Below, piece after piece: positions 27,937 through 37,500 of a stretch of 45,388 nucleotides of DNA. The notes under the pieces were generated by a model. That model had not been told where the DNA came from and did no database searches. It worked only from the letters and a program-made list of their open reading frames with translations. Made by a program: the position numbers and the translations under genes. How positions within the stretch are numbered: the stretch's first letter is position 1; each line of letters starts with the position of its first letter. Source of the DNA: Bacteroidales bacterium (GTDB taxonomy: Bacteria; Bacteroidota; Bacteroidia; Bacteroidales; WCHB1-69); contig JAEEKL010000150.1 in assembly GCA_016282395.1 (NCBI GenBank), positions 1-45,388 on the forward strand. Direction: 5' to 3'.

Positions 27937-28975
27937 AAATTTTCCCAACCAAAGAAGAGAACATTGCGAGACCGGCAGTCTTCAGAACTTGATGCAGTAT
28001 TACGGCATTGAACTTTCCGAGGACTTGGCTTTCGGCATTGGAGGAGGGCTTTACTTTTTATACTGTCCGTTCATAAAACTTGGGAGATACCCGTTCCCTA
28101 TTCTGCGCACCCGGCCCGGTTCCATCATCCGGAATGTATCAAAGCGCTTGGATTTATCAATGCATGAAATGACTTTCGGCGACGACAAGGCGAAATCCAT
28201 TGAAGTTCTGAACCAACTTGTTGACCAAAGCATACCCGTCATGTTGGTTGTCAACGTGTATCACCTTCCCTACCTTGATCATGCACTGCCCCCCGATGAC
28301 AAATTGAATTTCAATGGGCATAACATCATCGTCATCGGTCGGGAAGGCAGCACATATCACATTTCCGACAGTGACATGAAATTGGAGGACGAGTATTATA
28401 CGCTGAAGGAGACCGATTTGAACATTACGCGTTTCATGCCAGGTGCCAATGCGCCGCACGGACGATTATTCTATTTCGACAAGCCTGAACTTGAACGATT
28501 CAAACGCTTCGACTATCGTCCGGCCTGCATCGCCGGATTAAAAGAGGTATGCTATAACATGATGAAAATTCCCCTCCCTTATTTTGGATTCAAAGGAATA
28601 AAGCACATGGGTGATGTGATCAAAAAATGGGAGAGGAAGTATAGTTTCAAGGAAATCAGTCTGGGACTTCTTTTCTACTACCGCATTTTAGAGATGGCCG
28701 GCACCGGCGGCTCCGGATACCGGTACATTTACGCCCGTTTTTTGAAAGAGTGTGCCAGCATTTTCCAAGACGAACGTATAGAGACCTATTCTGACACTTT
28801 AGTGAAAGCAGCCGACAGTTGGCGTGCCTTTTCCGTAGATATCCTGCATTACCGCAAGCAAACTGGCGTCACCCTCAACGAAATGGCCGAGAAATTGTAC
28901 TCGGCCGCCAGCTACGAACAAGAAACCCTCAACGGCATCAAAAAAGACTTCTTAAAAAGACACAAAAACCTGTAA
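27929..28975 (+). CDS. BtrH N-terminal domain + DUF4872-type protein, paralogue 1
   Basis: 'FPNQRREHCETGSLQNLMQYYG' with a conserved Cys, 'NGHNIIVIG', 348 aa. The assignment rests on my recollection of the family signature. It overlaps the previous gene by 8 nt. Confidence 0.7.
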   Translation: MIENFPNQRREHCETGSLQNLMQYYGIELSEDLAFGIGGGLYFLYCPFIKLGRYPFPILRTRPGSIIRNVSKRLDLSMHEMTFGDDKAKSIEVLNQLVDQSIPVMLVVNVYHLPYLDHALPPDDKLNFNGHNIIVIGREGSTYHISDSDMKLEDEYYTLKETDLNITRFMPGANAPHGRLFYFDKPELERFKRFDYRPACIAGLKEVCYNMMKIPLPYFGFKGIKHMGDVIKKWERKYSFKEISLGLLFYYRILEMAGTGGSGYRYIYARFLKECASIFQDERIETYSDTLVKAADSWRAFSVDILHYRKQTGVTLNEMAEKLYSAASYEQETLNGIKKDFLKRHKNL

Positions 28976-29005
28976 TACAAATTCTTAAGAGTAGTTTTTA
29001 GCACT

Positions 29006-30049
29006 ATGATATCAAATTTCCCCAACAACAGACGAATCCATTGTGAAACCGGTTGCTTCGTAAACACGATGAAATACTATGGCATCGACATTTCTGAAGA
29101 GATGGTATTCGGTATTGGAGGCGGCATCTACCTGTTGTTCACCCCGTTTTTGAAACTGGACGGGCTTCCTCTTTTGATTTTGCGTGCCAAGCCATCCCAC
29201 CTCTACCGTAAAACCTCGGAAAGATTGGGGCTCTCGGCACACGAGATGACCTTCGGAGACGACAAAGACAAAGCCATGTCGGCGTTGGCGGAACTCGTTG
29301 ACCGCGACATCCCGGTCACGGTCGTGTCAAACATCTACCATATCCCCTACATGGCGCCGTTCACCCCCGACAAGATGAACTTCAACGGACACAACATGGT
29401 CATCATCGGCAGGGATGGCGACCGCTACACCGTGGCCGATTCGGAGATGAAACTGCCCAACGACGACTACACTTACATTGACGATGTGGATTTGCGCATC
29501 ACGCGCTTCATGCCCGGACCGCACACGCCACACGGACGCCTTTTCTACTTCGACAAACCGGATCCGCATATTTTCGACCATTACGACTTCCGTCCCGCCT
29601 GTCTGAAAGGACTCAAGGAGGCTTGTTACAACATGGTCGGCATCCCATTTCCCTATTTCGGAGCCAAAGGCATACACTATATGTCCAAAAAAGTACGAAA
29701 TTGGGATAAAAAATACACCCCCGAACAGATTGACGATGCACTGTACAACTACTACCGTCTGCTGGAGCGTGCCGGCACCGGAGGTTCCGGCTACCGTTAC
29801 ATGTATGCCCGCTTTTTGGAGCAATGTGCCGAGATGTTCCAGGACCAGACACTGTCCGTCAGTGCCGAAAGCCTCACCAAGGCCGCCGACGCCTGGCGAA
29901 ACTTCTCCGTGAACGTCCTGCATTATAGGAAGAAAATGGGTGTCACCCTCGGCGAACTGGCTGATGCGTTGGAGGAGGCCTCCAAACACGAGCACGACAC
30001 CTTTTACAACATCAAGAAGAACTTTTTAAACAAACACAAACGTCTGTAA
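29006..30049 (+). CDS. BtrH N-terminal domain + DUF4872-type protein, paralogue 2
   Basis: 'FPNNRRIHCETGCFVNTMKYYG', 'NGHNMVIIG'. It is colinear with paralogue 1 over the full length, with roughly half of positions identical by eye. Confidence 0.7.
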   Translation: MISNFPNNRRIHCETGCFVNTMKYYGIDISEEMVFGIGGGIYLLFTPFLKLDGLPLLILRAKPSHLYRKTSERLGLSAHEMTFGDDKDKAMSALAELVDRDIPVTVVSNIYHIPYMAPFTPDKMNFNGHNMVIIGRDGDRYTVADSEMKLPNDDYTYIDDVDLRITRFMPGPHTPHGRLFYFDKPDPHIFDHYDFRPACLKGLKEACYNMVGIPFPYFGAKGIHYMSKKVRNWDKKYTPEQIDDALYNYYRLLERAGTGGSGYRYMYARFLEQCAEMFQDQTLSVSAESLTKAADAWRNFSVNVLHYRKKMGVTLGELADALEEASKHEHDTFYNIKKNFLNKHKRL

Positions 30050-30072
30050 TACAAGCGAGAATATTTTTTGAC

Positions 30073-32379
30073 ATGGAAAAATCAGACAACCGAATAGTAA
30101 TCACCGGCACCGGCATCATCACCTCGTTAGGCATCGGGAAGGCGGAGATGCTGAAGAAGCTGAAGGCCGGCCAGAGGGTTATCGGCCCCATCCGGCACAT
30201 CCGCACCAAATATAGCCATCTGCCGTCTGGCGAGGTGGAATACAGCGACGAGCAACTGAAGGAGATAATCCACTATAGCGACACCGGCATCATTACCCGC
30301 ACCTCGTTGTTAGGACGCGTGGCCTTGAGGGAAGCCTTGGATGAGGCCGGTCTTGACGCAGCCCGTGGCTGCCGCATCGCCTTCATTTCCGGCAACACGG
30401 TGGGCGGTATGGAGAAAAGCGAGCAATACTATTACGACTTTCTCAACAACAATACGCGCAACGAATACATTGCCATGCATGACTGCGGGGCCTGTACGGA
30501 CATCATAGCCAAGGAGTTTTCCGGCAAGTTCGACCTCATCACCACCATCTCCACCGCCTGCTCATCTGCGGCCAACGCCATCATCTTGGGCGCGAACCTC
30601 ATCCGCGAAGGGCGTGTCGATATCGCCGTGGTGGGCGGCACCGAGTGTCTCTCCAAATTCCACATCAACGGTTTCAACACGCTAATGATTCTGGACAAAG
30701 AGCCTTGCCGTCCGTTCGATGCCGACCGGCACGGGCTGAATCTTGGCGAGGGTGCCGCCTATCTAGTCATGGAGACCGAGGTACACGCACGCCGGCGCAA
30801 CGCACGCGCCATCTGCAAGCTTTCGGGCTATGGCAATGCCTGCGACGCTTTCCACCAGACCGCCACCTCACCCAACGGCGAGGGTGCCTATCTGGCAATG
30901 CAACAAGCCCTGAAAAATAGCGGCCTACAACCTGGAGATATTGACTACATCAATGCGCACGGCACCGGCACCGGCAACAACGACGAGTGCGAAGGCATTG
31001 CCATGATGCGTATCTTCGGCGACCAGATGCCGCCCGTCTCCTCCACCAAATCCTACACCGGCCACACGACCAGTGCGGCAGGAGGCGTGGAGAGTGTCAT
31101 CTCCATCCTCGCCCTCACCCACCGTTTCATCCCCGCCAACCTTGGCTATCACACGCCGATTGAAGGCCACACGTTCAAACCCGTGGACCATGTCATCGAG
31201 AATGTGACCCTCAAACATATTCTCACCAACTCATTCGGCTTTGGAGGCAACGACACCTCGTGTATTTTCTCGACCTTGGATTCGGAAAACGCCAAATGTG
31301 CGCCGGCCGCCGGCACTCACGACTGCTACATCCAGTCCGCCGCCCACATTTCCATCCAGCAGCCGCTCACAGACGAATGGTTCTCGAATCCCATCCTGCC
31401 CGCACAAGCATACAACGAGAGTCTGGAGCCCGACTACAGCAAGTACTTTTCTCCCATGGCGGCACGGCGGATGGGTCGTCTTTTGAAGCGTTCTATGGCC
31501 ACAGCCATAGAAGCTTTAGGCCAGCAGCCTGTTCCTGATGCTGTCGTCACCGGCACGGGATTGGGATGCATCGCCAACACCGAGAAGTTCCTCTCCGCCA
31601 TGATTGACAATCAGGAGGATTTCCTGCAGCCCACCTATTTCATGCAATCCACGCACAACACCATCGGCTCGCAGATCGCCCAGCACCTCAAATGCCACGG
31701 CTACAACTGCACCTACTCGCACCGCGGCACCTCATTCGACAGCAGCCTGTTTGACGCCTACCTCCAGATGCAGACCGGTGCCATCCGAAGCGCATTAGTG
31801 GGCGGGCACGATGAGATGACCACCGAATACTTCAAAATGTTAGGCAAAATAGGATATTGGAAAAAGGGGGATATTAACCCCGACATGCTTCGTAACTCCG
31901 ACACCCCCGGCTCATTTTCCGGCAGTTGTTCATTAAACATGCTGCTTACCGACAAGTCAAGCAAAAGTTCTCTCTGCAAAATTGCCGGTATGGACATGTT
32001 ATACGAGCCCTCCATTGATGACCTTTGCTCCGCCGCCAAACGCCTGCTGGGAAAGGCAGGAATTGCCGTCGGCGACCTTTCCGGTATCGTTTTAGGGTTG
32101 AGCGGCGATTGCAACGGCGACCGCATCTACCTGGATTTCAAGAACGCGTTATGCCCTGACAAACCAGCCATTTGGTACAAACACCTCTTTGGCGAGTCTT
32201 TCTGCGCCTCCGCTTTCGGCGTATTGGTAGGTGCCAAGTGCCTGTACGAGCGCACGATTCCCGTCCACCTGAAATACCAACCGGAAATGGAATCAGCGGA
32301 ACCCAAAATCATATTAGTGCATAATCATTTTCACAACAAAGACCATTCATTAGTTCTTCTTTCATCATGTTCCTGCTAA
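30073..32379 (+). CDS. Ketosynthase fused to a chain-length-factor-like (KS N-terminal-like) domain
   Basis: The N-terminal half has 'STACSSAANA', 'INAHGTGTGNND' and 'KSYTGHTTSAAG'. The C-terminal half has 'FSPMAARRMGRLLKRSMATAIEAL', typical of ApeC/CLF-like proteins, and no obvious triad. Confidence 0.85.
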   Translation: MEKSDNRIVITGTGIITSLGIGKAEMLKKLKAGQRVIGPIRHIRTKYSHLPSGEVEYSDEQLKEIIHYSDTGIITRTSLLGRVALREALDEAGLDAARGCRIAFISGNTVGGMEKSEQYYYDFLNNNTRNEYIAMHDCGACTDIIAKEFSGKFDLITTISTACSSAANAIILGANLIREGRVDIAVVGGTECLSKFHINGFNTLMILDKEPCRPFDADRHGLNLGEGAAYLVMETEVHARRRNARAICKLSGYGNACDAFHQTATSPNGEGAYLAMQQALKNSGLQPGDIDYINAHGTGTGNNDECEGIAMMRIFGDQMPPVSSTKSYTGHTTSAAGGVESVISILALTHRFIPANLGYHTPIEGHTFKPVDHVIENVTLKHILTNSFGFGGNDTSCIFSTLDSENAKCAPAAGTHDCYIQSAAHISIQQPLTDEWFSNPILPAQAYNESLEPDYSKYFSPMAARRMGRLLKRSMATAIEALGQQPVPDAVVTGTGLGCIANTEKFLSAMIDNQEDFLQPTYFMQSTHNTIGSQIAQHLKCHGYNCTYSHRGTSFDSSLFDAYLQMQTGAIRSALVGGHDEMTTEYFKMLGKIGYWKKGDINPDMLRNSDTPGSFSGSCSLNMLLTDKSSKSSLCKIAGMDMLYEPSIDDLCSAAKRLLGKAGIAVGDLSGIVLGLSGDCNGDRIYLDFKNALCPDKPAIWYKHLFGESFCASAFGVLVGAKCLYERTIPVHLKYQPEMESAEPKIILVHNHFHNKDHSLVLLSSCSC

Positions 32380-32720
32380 TCATCCTTATCATCGTTCAGT
32401 CGGTGCTGTTAGTGGTCGCACAAAGTTTCCTGAAAATCTCCGTGGAGCTTTTCGGCAAGTTCTCGTGGTCATGGGAATACTTCAAAACCGTGTTCACCAC
32501 CTGGCAGTTCGCCGCCTCCGGCCTCTGCGCACTGACCGCCATGCTCGTGTGGATGTACGTGCTCAAGCACTATCCGTTCAGCGTGGCCTACCCGCTGCTG
32601 TCCATCAGCTATATCATCGGACTGCTGGTCGCATACTTTTTCTTCCACGAAGCCGTTCCCCTCACCCGCTGGATTGGCGTAATCATCGTGATGATCGGCG
32701 TGTTTCTTATTGTAAAATAA
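32367..32720 (+). CDS. Small 4-TM EamA/SMR-superfamily membrane protein, ArnE-like
   Basis: 'VAYPLLSISYIIGLLVAYFFFHEAVPLTRWIGVIIVMIGVFLI' resembles E. coli ArnE 'IAYPMLSLNF...[24 protein letters not shown]' as I recall it. It overlaps the KS-CLF gene by 13 nt. Confidence 0.65.
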   Translation: MFLLIILIIVQSVLLVVAQSFLKISVELFGKFSWSWEYFKTVFTTWQFAASGLCALTAMLVWMYVLKHYPFSVAYPLLSISYIIGLLVAYFFFHEAVPLTRWIGVIIVMIGVFLIVK

Positions 32721-32743
32721 ACCATTGTATGTATATAAACCTC

Positions 32744-33376
32744 ATGAAAAGAACCCTATTATTCCTCGTCGTCCTCTTCCTCGGCGCACCCATGTTCGCG
32801 CAAGAGGCGGGCAGCACAGAGGTTACCGGTGACAAGAAGAGCGCTCTGGTAACCGCCATAGAGAAAGCACACAAGCAGCTCACCACCTTGAGCGCGAATT
32901 TCACGCAGGAGAAGACCTCCACGCTCTTCACCGAAAAAGTGGTGCAGAAAGGCAAGCTGAGCTACAAAGCCCCCAAACAGCTGCGCTGGGAATACACCTC
33001 GCCCAAAGCCATGACCGTCATCTTCAGCAACGGCAAAGTGCTGCTGAAAACCGAAAAAGGGACAACCAGCAATCCGAACAAGATGCTCGGGGAGATGGGC
33101 AACATGATCATCAACACCATCAACGGCAGCTTTCTGAAAGAGAATTCCGATTTCAACACTCGGTACTACAAAAACAAAAGCGGCCAGTATGTCGTGATGC
33201 TCATACCCGTCAACAAAAGAATCAAGGCCTACTACAAAAGCATCTCCATCGCCTTGAATAACAGCACGTACTTAGCCGACAAGGTGATACTGACGGAAGT
33301 GAACGGAGATGCCACCACCATTATCTTTTCCGACAAAAAAGCCAACGCCACCCTTTCGGATTCCCTGTTCAAATAG
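32744..33376 (+). CDS. LolA-like outer-membrane lipoprotein carrier protein (ApeL-like)
   Basis: Signal peptide 'MKRTLLFLVVLFLGAPMFAQ' and 'LSANFTQEKTS...KGKLSYKAPKQLRWEY'. The ORF-track start at 32465 is an out-of-frame overlap with the preceding gene. ATG 32729 is an alternative start. Confidence 0.8.
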   Translation: MKRTLLFLVVLFLGAPMFAQEAGSTEVTGDKKSALVTAIEKAHKQLTTLSANFTQEKTSTLFTEKVVQKGKLSYKAPKQLRWEYTSPKAMTVIFSNGKVLLKTEKGTTSNPNKMLGEMGNMIINTINGSFLKENSDFNTRYYKNKSGQYVVMLIPVNKRIKAYYKSISIALNNSTYLADKVILTEVNGDATTIIFSDKKANATLSDSLFK

Positions 33377-33385
33377 CCCATCATC

Positions 33386-33754
33386 ATGTTCCAAGACAAT
33401 TTGTTTTCCATCATTTCTGAAAATAAAACGGACAACCAAGCCGATTTCATCATCCTTTTGGACGGCAAACACCCCATCTACAAAGGGCATTTCCCGAACG
33501 AGGCCATTACGCCGGGCGTGTGCATCATCCAGATGGCTGTGGATTTATTCTCCCACACCATGCAACAGACACACCATTTAGTGAAGGCCAAAAACGTGAA
33601 ATTCCTTCAGATTATCCGTCCGGACGAACATCCGGAAATCCACTACCGACTGACCTGGGAAAAGACCGAAGAAGGGCTGTTTACGGTGAAAGTGTTGGTT
33701 GATGACGGAGCAGTGACATTCTCCAAAATGAGTTTGCAAATGGGTGTGAAATAA
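33386..33754 (+). CDS. FabA/FabZ-like dehydratase (ApeI-like)
   Basis: 'YKGHFPNEAITPGVCIIQ'. Confidence 0.8.
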   Translation: MFQDNLFSIISENKTDNQADFIILLDGKHPIYKGHFPNEAITPGVCIIQMAVDLFSHTMQQTHHLVKAKNVKFLQIIRPDEHPEIHYRLTWEKTEEGLFTVKVLVDDGAVTFSKMSLQMGVK

Positions 33755-34539
33755 TGGAAGAAATCCGAAACAGATTAAAGCATTTGGGCATTTGCGTCAT
33801 CATCCCCACCTATAACAACGCGGGGACTATCATAGATGTAATCCATTCTGTATCTGAATATTGCAATGACATCTTGGTGATATGCGACGGCCCGACCGAC
33901 GGCACAGAGGAGCTTGTACGCCAGTGTGATATGCCCGTCCGCGTGCTCGCCTACCGCCCGAACAAAGGCAAGGGCACCGCGTTAGTCACGGGATTCCGCG
34001 AAGCCCTGAAACTCGGCTTCCGCTATGCCATCACGCTGGACTCCGACGGGCAACACTATGCCGATGACATTCCCGCATTTGTCCAAGCCATTGCGGAACA
34101 TCCGGACACCCTGCTCATCGGCAGCCGAGGGCTGAAGCATGACAACATGCCGCAGAAGAACACTTTCGCCAACAAGTTCTCAAACTTCTGGTTCACCGTG
34201 CAAACCGGCAAAAAGCTGCCCGACACGCAAACGGGCTACCGTCTTTATCCTTTGAGTAAAATGGGCAAGATGCGACTGATCACCTCGCGCTACGAGGCTG
34301 AACTGGAGATACTTGTGCGGTCAGCCTGGCGTAACATCCCCATCATCCCCATCCCCATCAAAGTCTATTACCCGCCACAAGAGGAACGGGTATCGCACTT
34401 CCGGCCGGGCAAAGATTTCACCCGCATCAGCATCCTCAACACCTTCTTCTGCTTCGCTGCCATCCTGTACGGCTACCCCTCCATGTTCCTCAGAAAAATT
34501 TTTGTATCTTTGCCGCTTTTTACCGCCAAAGAGCAATGA
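33754..34539 (+). CDS. Family 2 glycosyltransferase (polyprenyl-phosphate sugar synthase/ArnC-DPM1-like, ApeJ-like)
   Basis: 'CVIIPTYNNAGTI', 'DSDGQHYADDIP', and a C-terminal hydrophobic segment. The start overlaps the previous stop (TAATG). Confidence 0.85.
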   Translation: MEEIRNRLKHLGICVIIPTYNNAGTIIDVIHSVSEYCNDILVICDGPTDGTEELVRQCDMPVRVLAYRPNKGKGTALVTGFREALKLGFRYAITLDSDGQHYADDIPAFVQAIAEHPDTLLIGSRGLKHDNMPQKNTFANKFSNFWFTVQTGKKLPDTQTGYRLYPLSKMGKMRLITSRYEAELEILVRSAWRNIPIIPIPIKVYYPPQEERVSHFRPGKDFTRISILNTFFCFAAILYGYPSMFLRKIFVSLPLFTAKEQ

Positions 34540-37500
34540 AATCGTTTTTCATCAAAACATACAGATTCTTTGAAGCAAAACCTGTAATGCTTTGGACAAT
34601 CCTGTTCGTGACAATAGGATTGTCTGTCTTCAGTGCTTCCAGACTGCATCTGGTGGAAGACATCGGCAGTTTCCTGCCCAACAGCCGCGAATACAAGAGC
34701 ATCAACGAGGCATACCAGCATCTTGGCGGCGACAACAAGCTGATTGTCAGCATCGCCATGACGGACACTACGGCGGAGACCGATATGGATCTGCTCTCTT
34801 CGGTGGCTGACGAGGTGGCCGACAAGCTGTCGGAAGCTGACACCACAGGCCTCATCAAACAGCTTCGCTACCAAGTTGATGACCAGGAGGTCACCTCTGT
34901 AATGGCGTTTGTTTTGGAAAACATCCCCTATTTCCTCTCCGAAGCGGACTACCGCCGTATGGACACCCTTATCACGCCGGAGCACATCTCCTTGCAACTC
35001 GCCGCCGACCGGCAACTCCTCGCCTCCCCCATCCCCATGATGCGGCCCATGGTGCAAAACGACCCGCTTTTCTTCTCCTCCGATGTACTGCAATCTCTTT
35101 CCGACTTCAAATTGGACGACAGCTACCAAACCGACAACGACCATATCTTCAACAAAGCCGGAACGGAATCACAGGTCATTGTAACCTCCAACTACCCGTT
35201 AAGCGAAACACGCAGCAACGGGCAACTGATCCGGCTCATTGACGAGACCATACAGGAGGTGGCACGCCAGCATGATGGCAAGGTACACATTTCCTGTTTC
35301 GGAGCCTCGCAAGTGTCGCTGACCAATTCCAGACAGATCAAAAAGGACAGTTTCATCGCCATCGGACTGTCGCTTTTGCTCATCATCACCCTTTTGTACT
35401 ACTACTACCGGAATTCCCGCAGCATCCTGATGATTTTAGTCTCTATCTCCTTCGGCGCGCTGTTTGCCCTTGGACTTCTGTCGCTAATCAAAAACCCAGT
35501 CTCCGTCATCGCCATCGGGGTGGCTTCCATTATTTTAGGTATCGCCATCAACTACCCTATCCATTTCCTGTCCCATTTCAAGCGCACCGATGATAAAGAG
35601 CAGATACTCAAGGACATCGTCAATCCGCTACTGATTGGGAACATCACCACGGTGGGCGCCTTTCTCAGCCTTCTCTTCATCAGTTCCGATGCCATGAAGG
35701 ATCTCGGTCTGTTTTCCGCACTGCTTTTGGCCGGCACCATCCTGTTCGTGCTGATTTTCCTCCCGCACTTGATCGGCAAACATTTCCAAGGCACGAACCG
35801 GGATCTCGCCTTTCGTCGGGTGGCCGAGTTCCGCTTTGAAAACATTCCCGGAATTTTCTGGGTCATAGTGGCGCTGACAGTGGTATTCTACGTCTTCAGC
35901 TCGCGCACAACTTTCGACACGGACATGCACCACATCAACTACATGACCAAGGAGCAGCAGGCGGCTTTCGACAAGCTGCGGGCCGAGAGTGACACCTCCG
36001 TTCACACGATTTACGCCATAGCGGAGGGAGGAACTCTTGACGAGGCCCTGTCCCGACAAGAGCTACTCCTATGCGCATTGACCCGAAGCGACAGCGTATA
36101 TCCCTCTGCCATTGTTCGCTACAGCGGCATCGGACGTTTCTTCCCATCCCAAGAGACCCAGCGGCAACGGCTTGAGCAATGGAACACTTTCTGGGAAGGG
36201 AAACGTGAAGTCTTTTGCGCTAATCTGGACCAAGCCGCACGGCTAAACGGCTTTAATCCAGAGGCTTTCGCCCCTTGCAAGGAAAACATCCTGCGAACAT
36301 ATACCATCCAAGACAACAGCTTCTTCCAACCCATTCGGGAGCCGTTAGCCTCTAACTACGTATTTCAAGCGGAAGATAAAGTAATAGTCTATAACATACT
36401 GAAAGTCAAGAAAGAAAACAGCGATAATATCGTTAATTTTCTAAACAGGACAGCACCCACCGGCGCTTTCGCATTCACCGACACCTCCATTGCCTCGCTG
36501 TTAGTGAATGCCCTTTCCAACGATTTCAATTACGTACTCTACATTTGCGGTTTTATCGTCTTCGCTTTTCTGCTCTTCTCGTTCGGAAGAGTGGAAATAA
36601 GCCTCATGGCCTTCCTGCCGCTCTTCATCGCGTGGATTTGGATTTTAGGCATTATGGGAATAACCGGCATCCGCTTCAATATCGTCAACATCATTTTAGC
36701 CACCTTCATATTCGGCATGGGTGACGACTATTCCATTTTCGTCACAGAAGGATTGCTCCACGAGCGTGCCTACGGGAGGAAGATGCTGGCACAGTTCAAG
36801 AACTCCATCATCCTGTCGGCCACCATTATGTTCATCAGCATCGGCATGTTGATTTTCGCCAAGCATCCTGCCATGCGTTCGCTGGCCGAGGTCACCATCA
36901 TCGGTATGTTCTCGGTGGTGCTGATGGCGTACATTGTGCCTCCGGTTGTCTTCAAATGGCTCACCACCAGAAAAGGCAAACCCCGCCGCCAACCCGTCAC
37001 GCTTGGCAGTCTGTTCAGAAGTGCAATCGGATTCCCATACTTTTTCGGCGGCGTACTGGTTATGTCTGTCGGAGGTCTCATCTGGTTGAAAATCGGCAAG
37101 CGCAATGACGCCAACAAACTGAAATATCACACGTTGCTCCAGAAGTTGCTCTATTCCACCGCACGTACCATACCGAAATCATCATTTACGATTACCAACC
37201 CCTTTAGCGAAACCTTTGAAAAACCGGCGGTCATCATCAGCAACCACCAATCCCATTTCGACCTGATGTATTTGCTCATGCTCCATCCCAAAATCATAGC
37301 GCTAACCAACGACTGGGCTTGGAACACACCTTTGTACAAGCGCATCGTCAGAAACGCCGACTTCCTTCCTGCCTCTTATGGTATGGACTCCAATTTCCCC
37401 AAGATTCAGCAGATGGTTGACAAAGGGTATTCGGTATTAGTGTTCCCTGAAGGTACACGTTCTTTCGACCAAAACATTCTCCGATTCCACCAAGGGGCAT

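Noticed and set aside
32465-32743. An N-terminal extension of the LolA-like ORF (track start 32465).
   Set aside because: The extension overlaps the ArnE-like gene in another frame and is Arg/His-rich. A clean signal peptide begins at ATG 32744 (or 32729).
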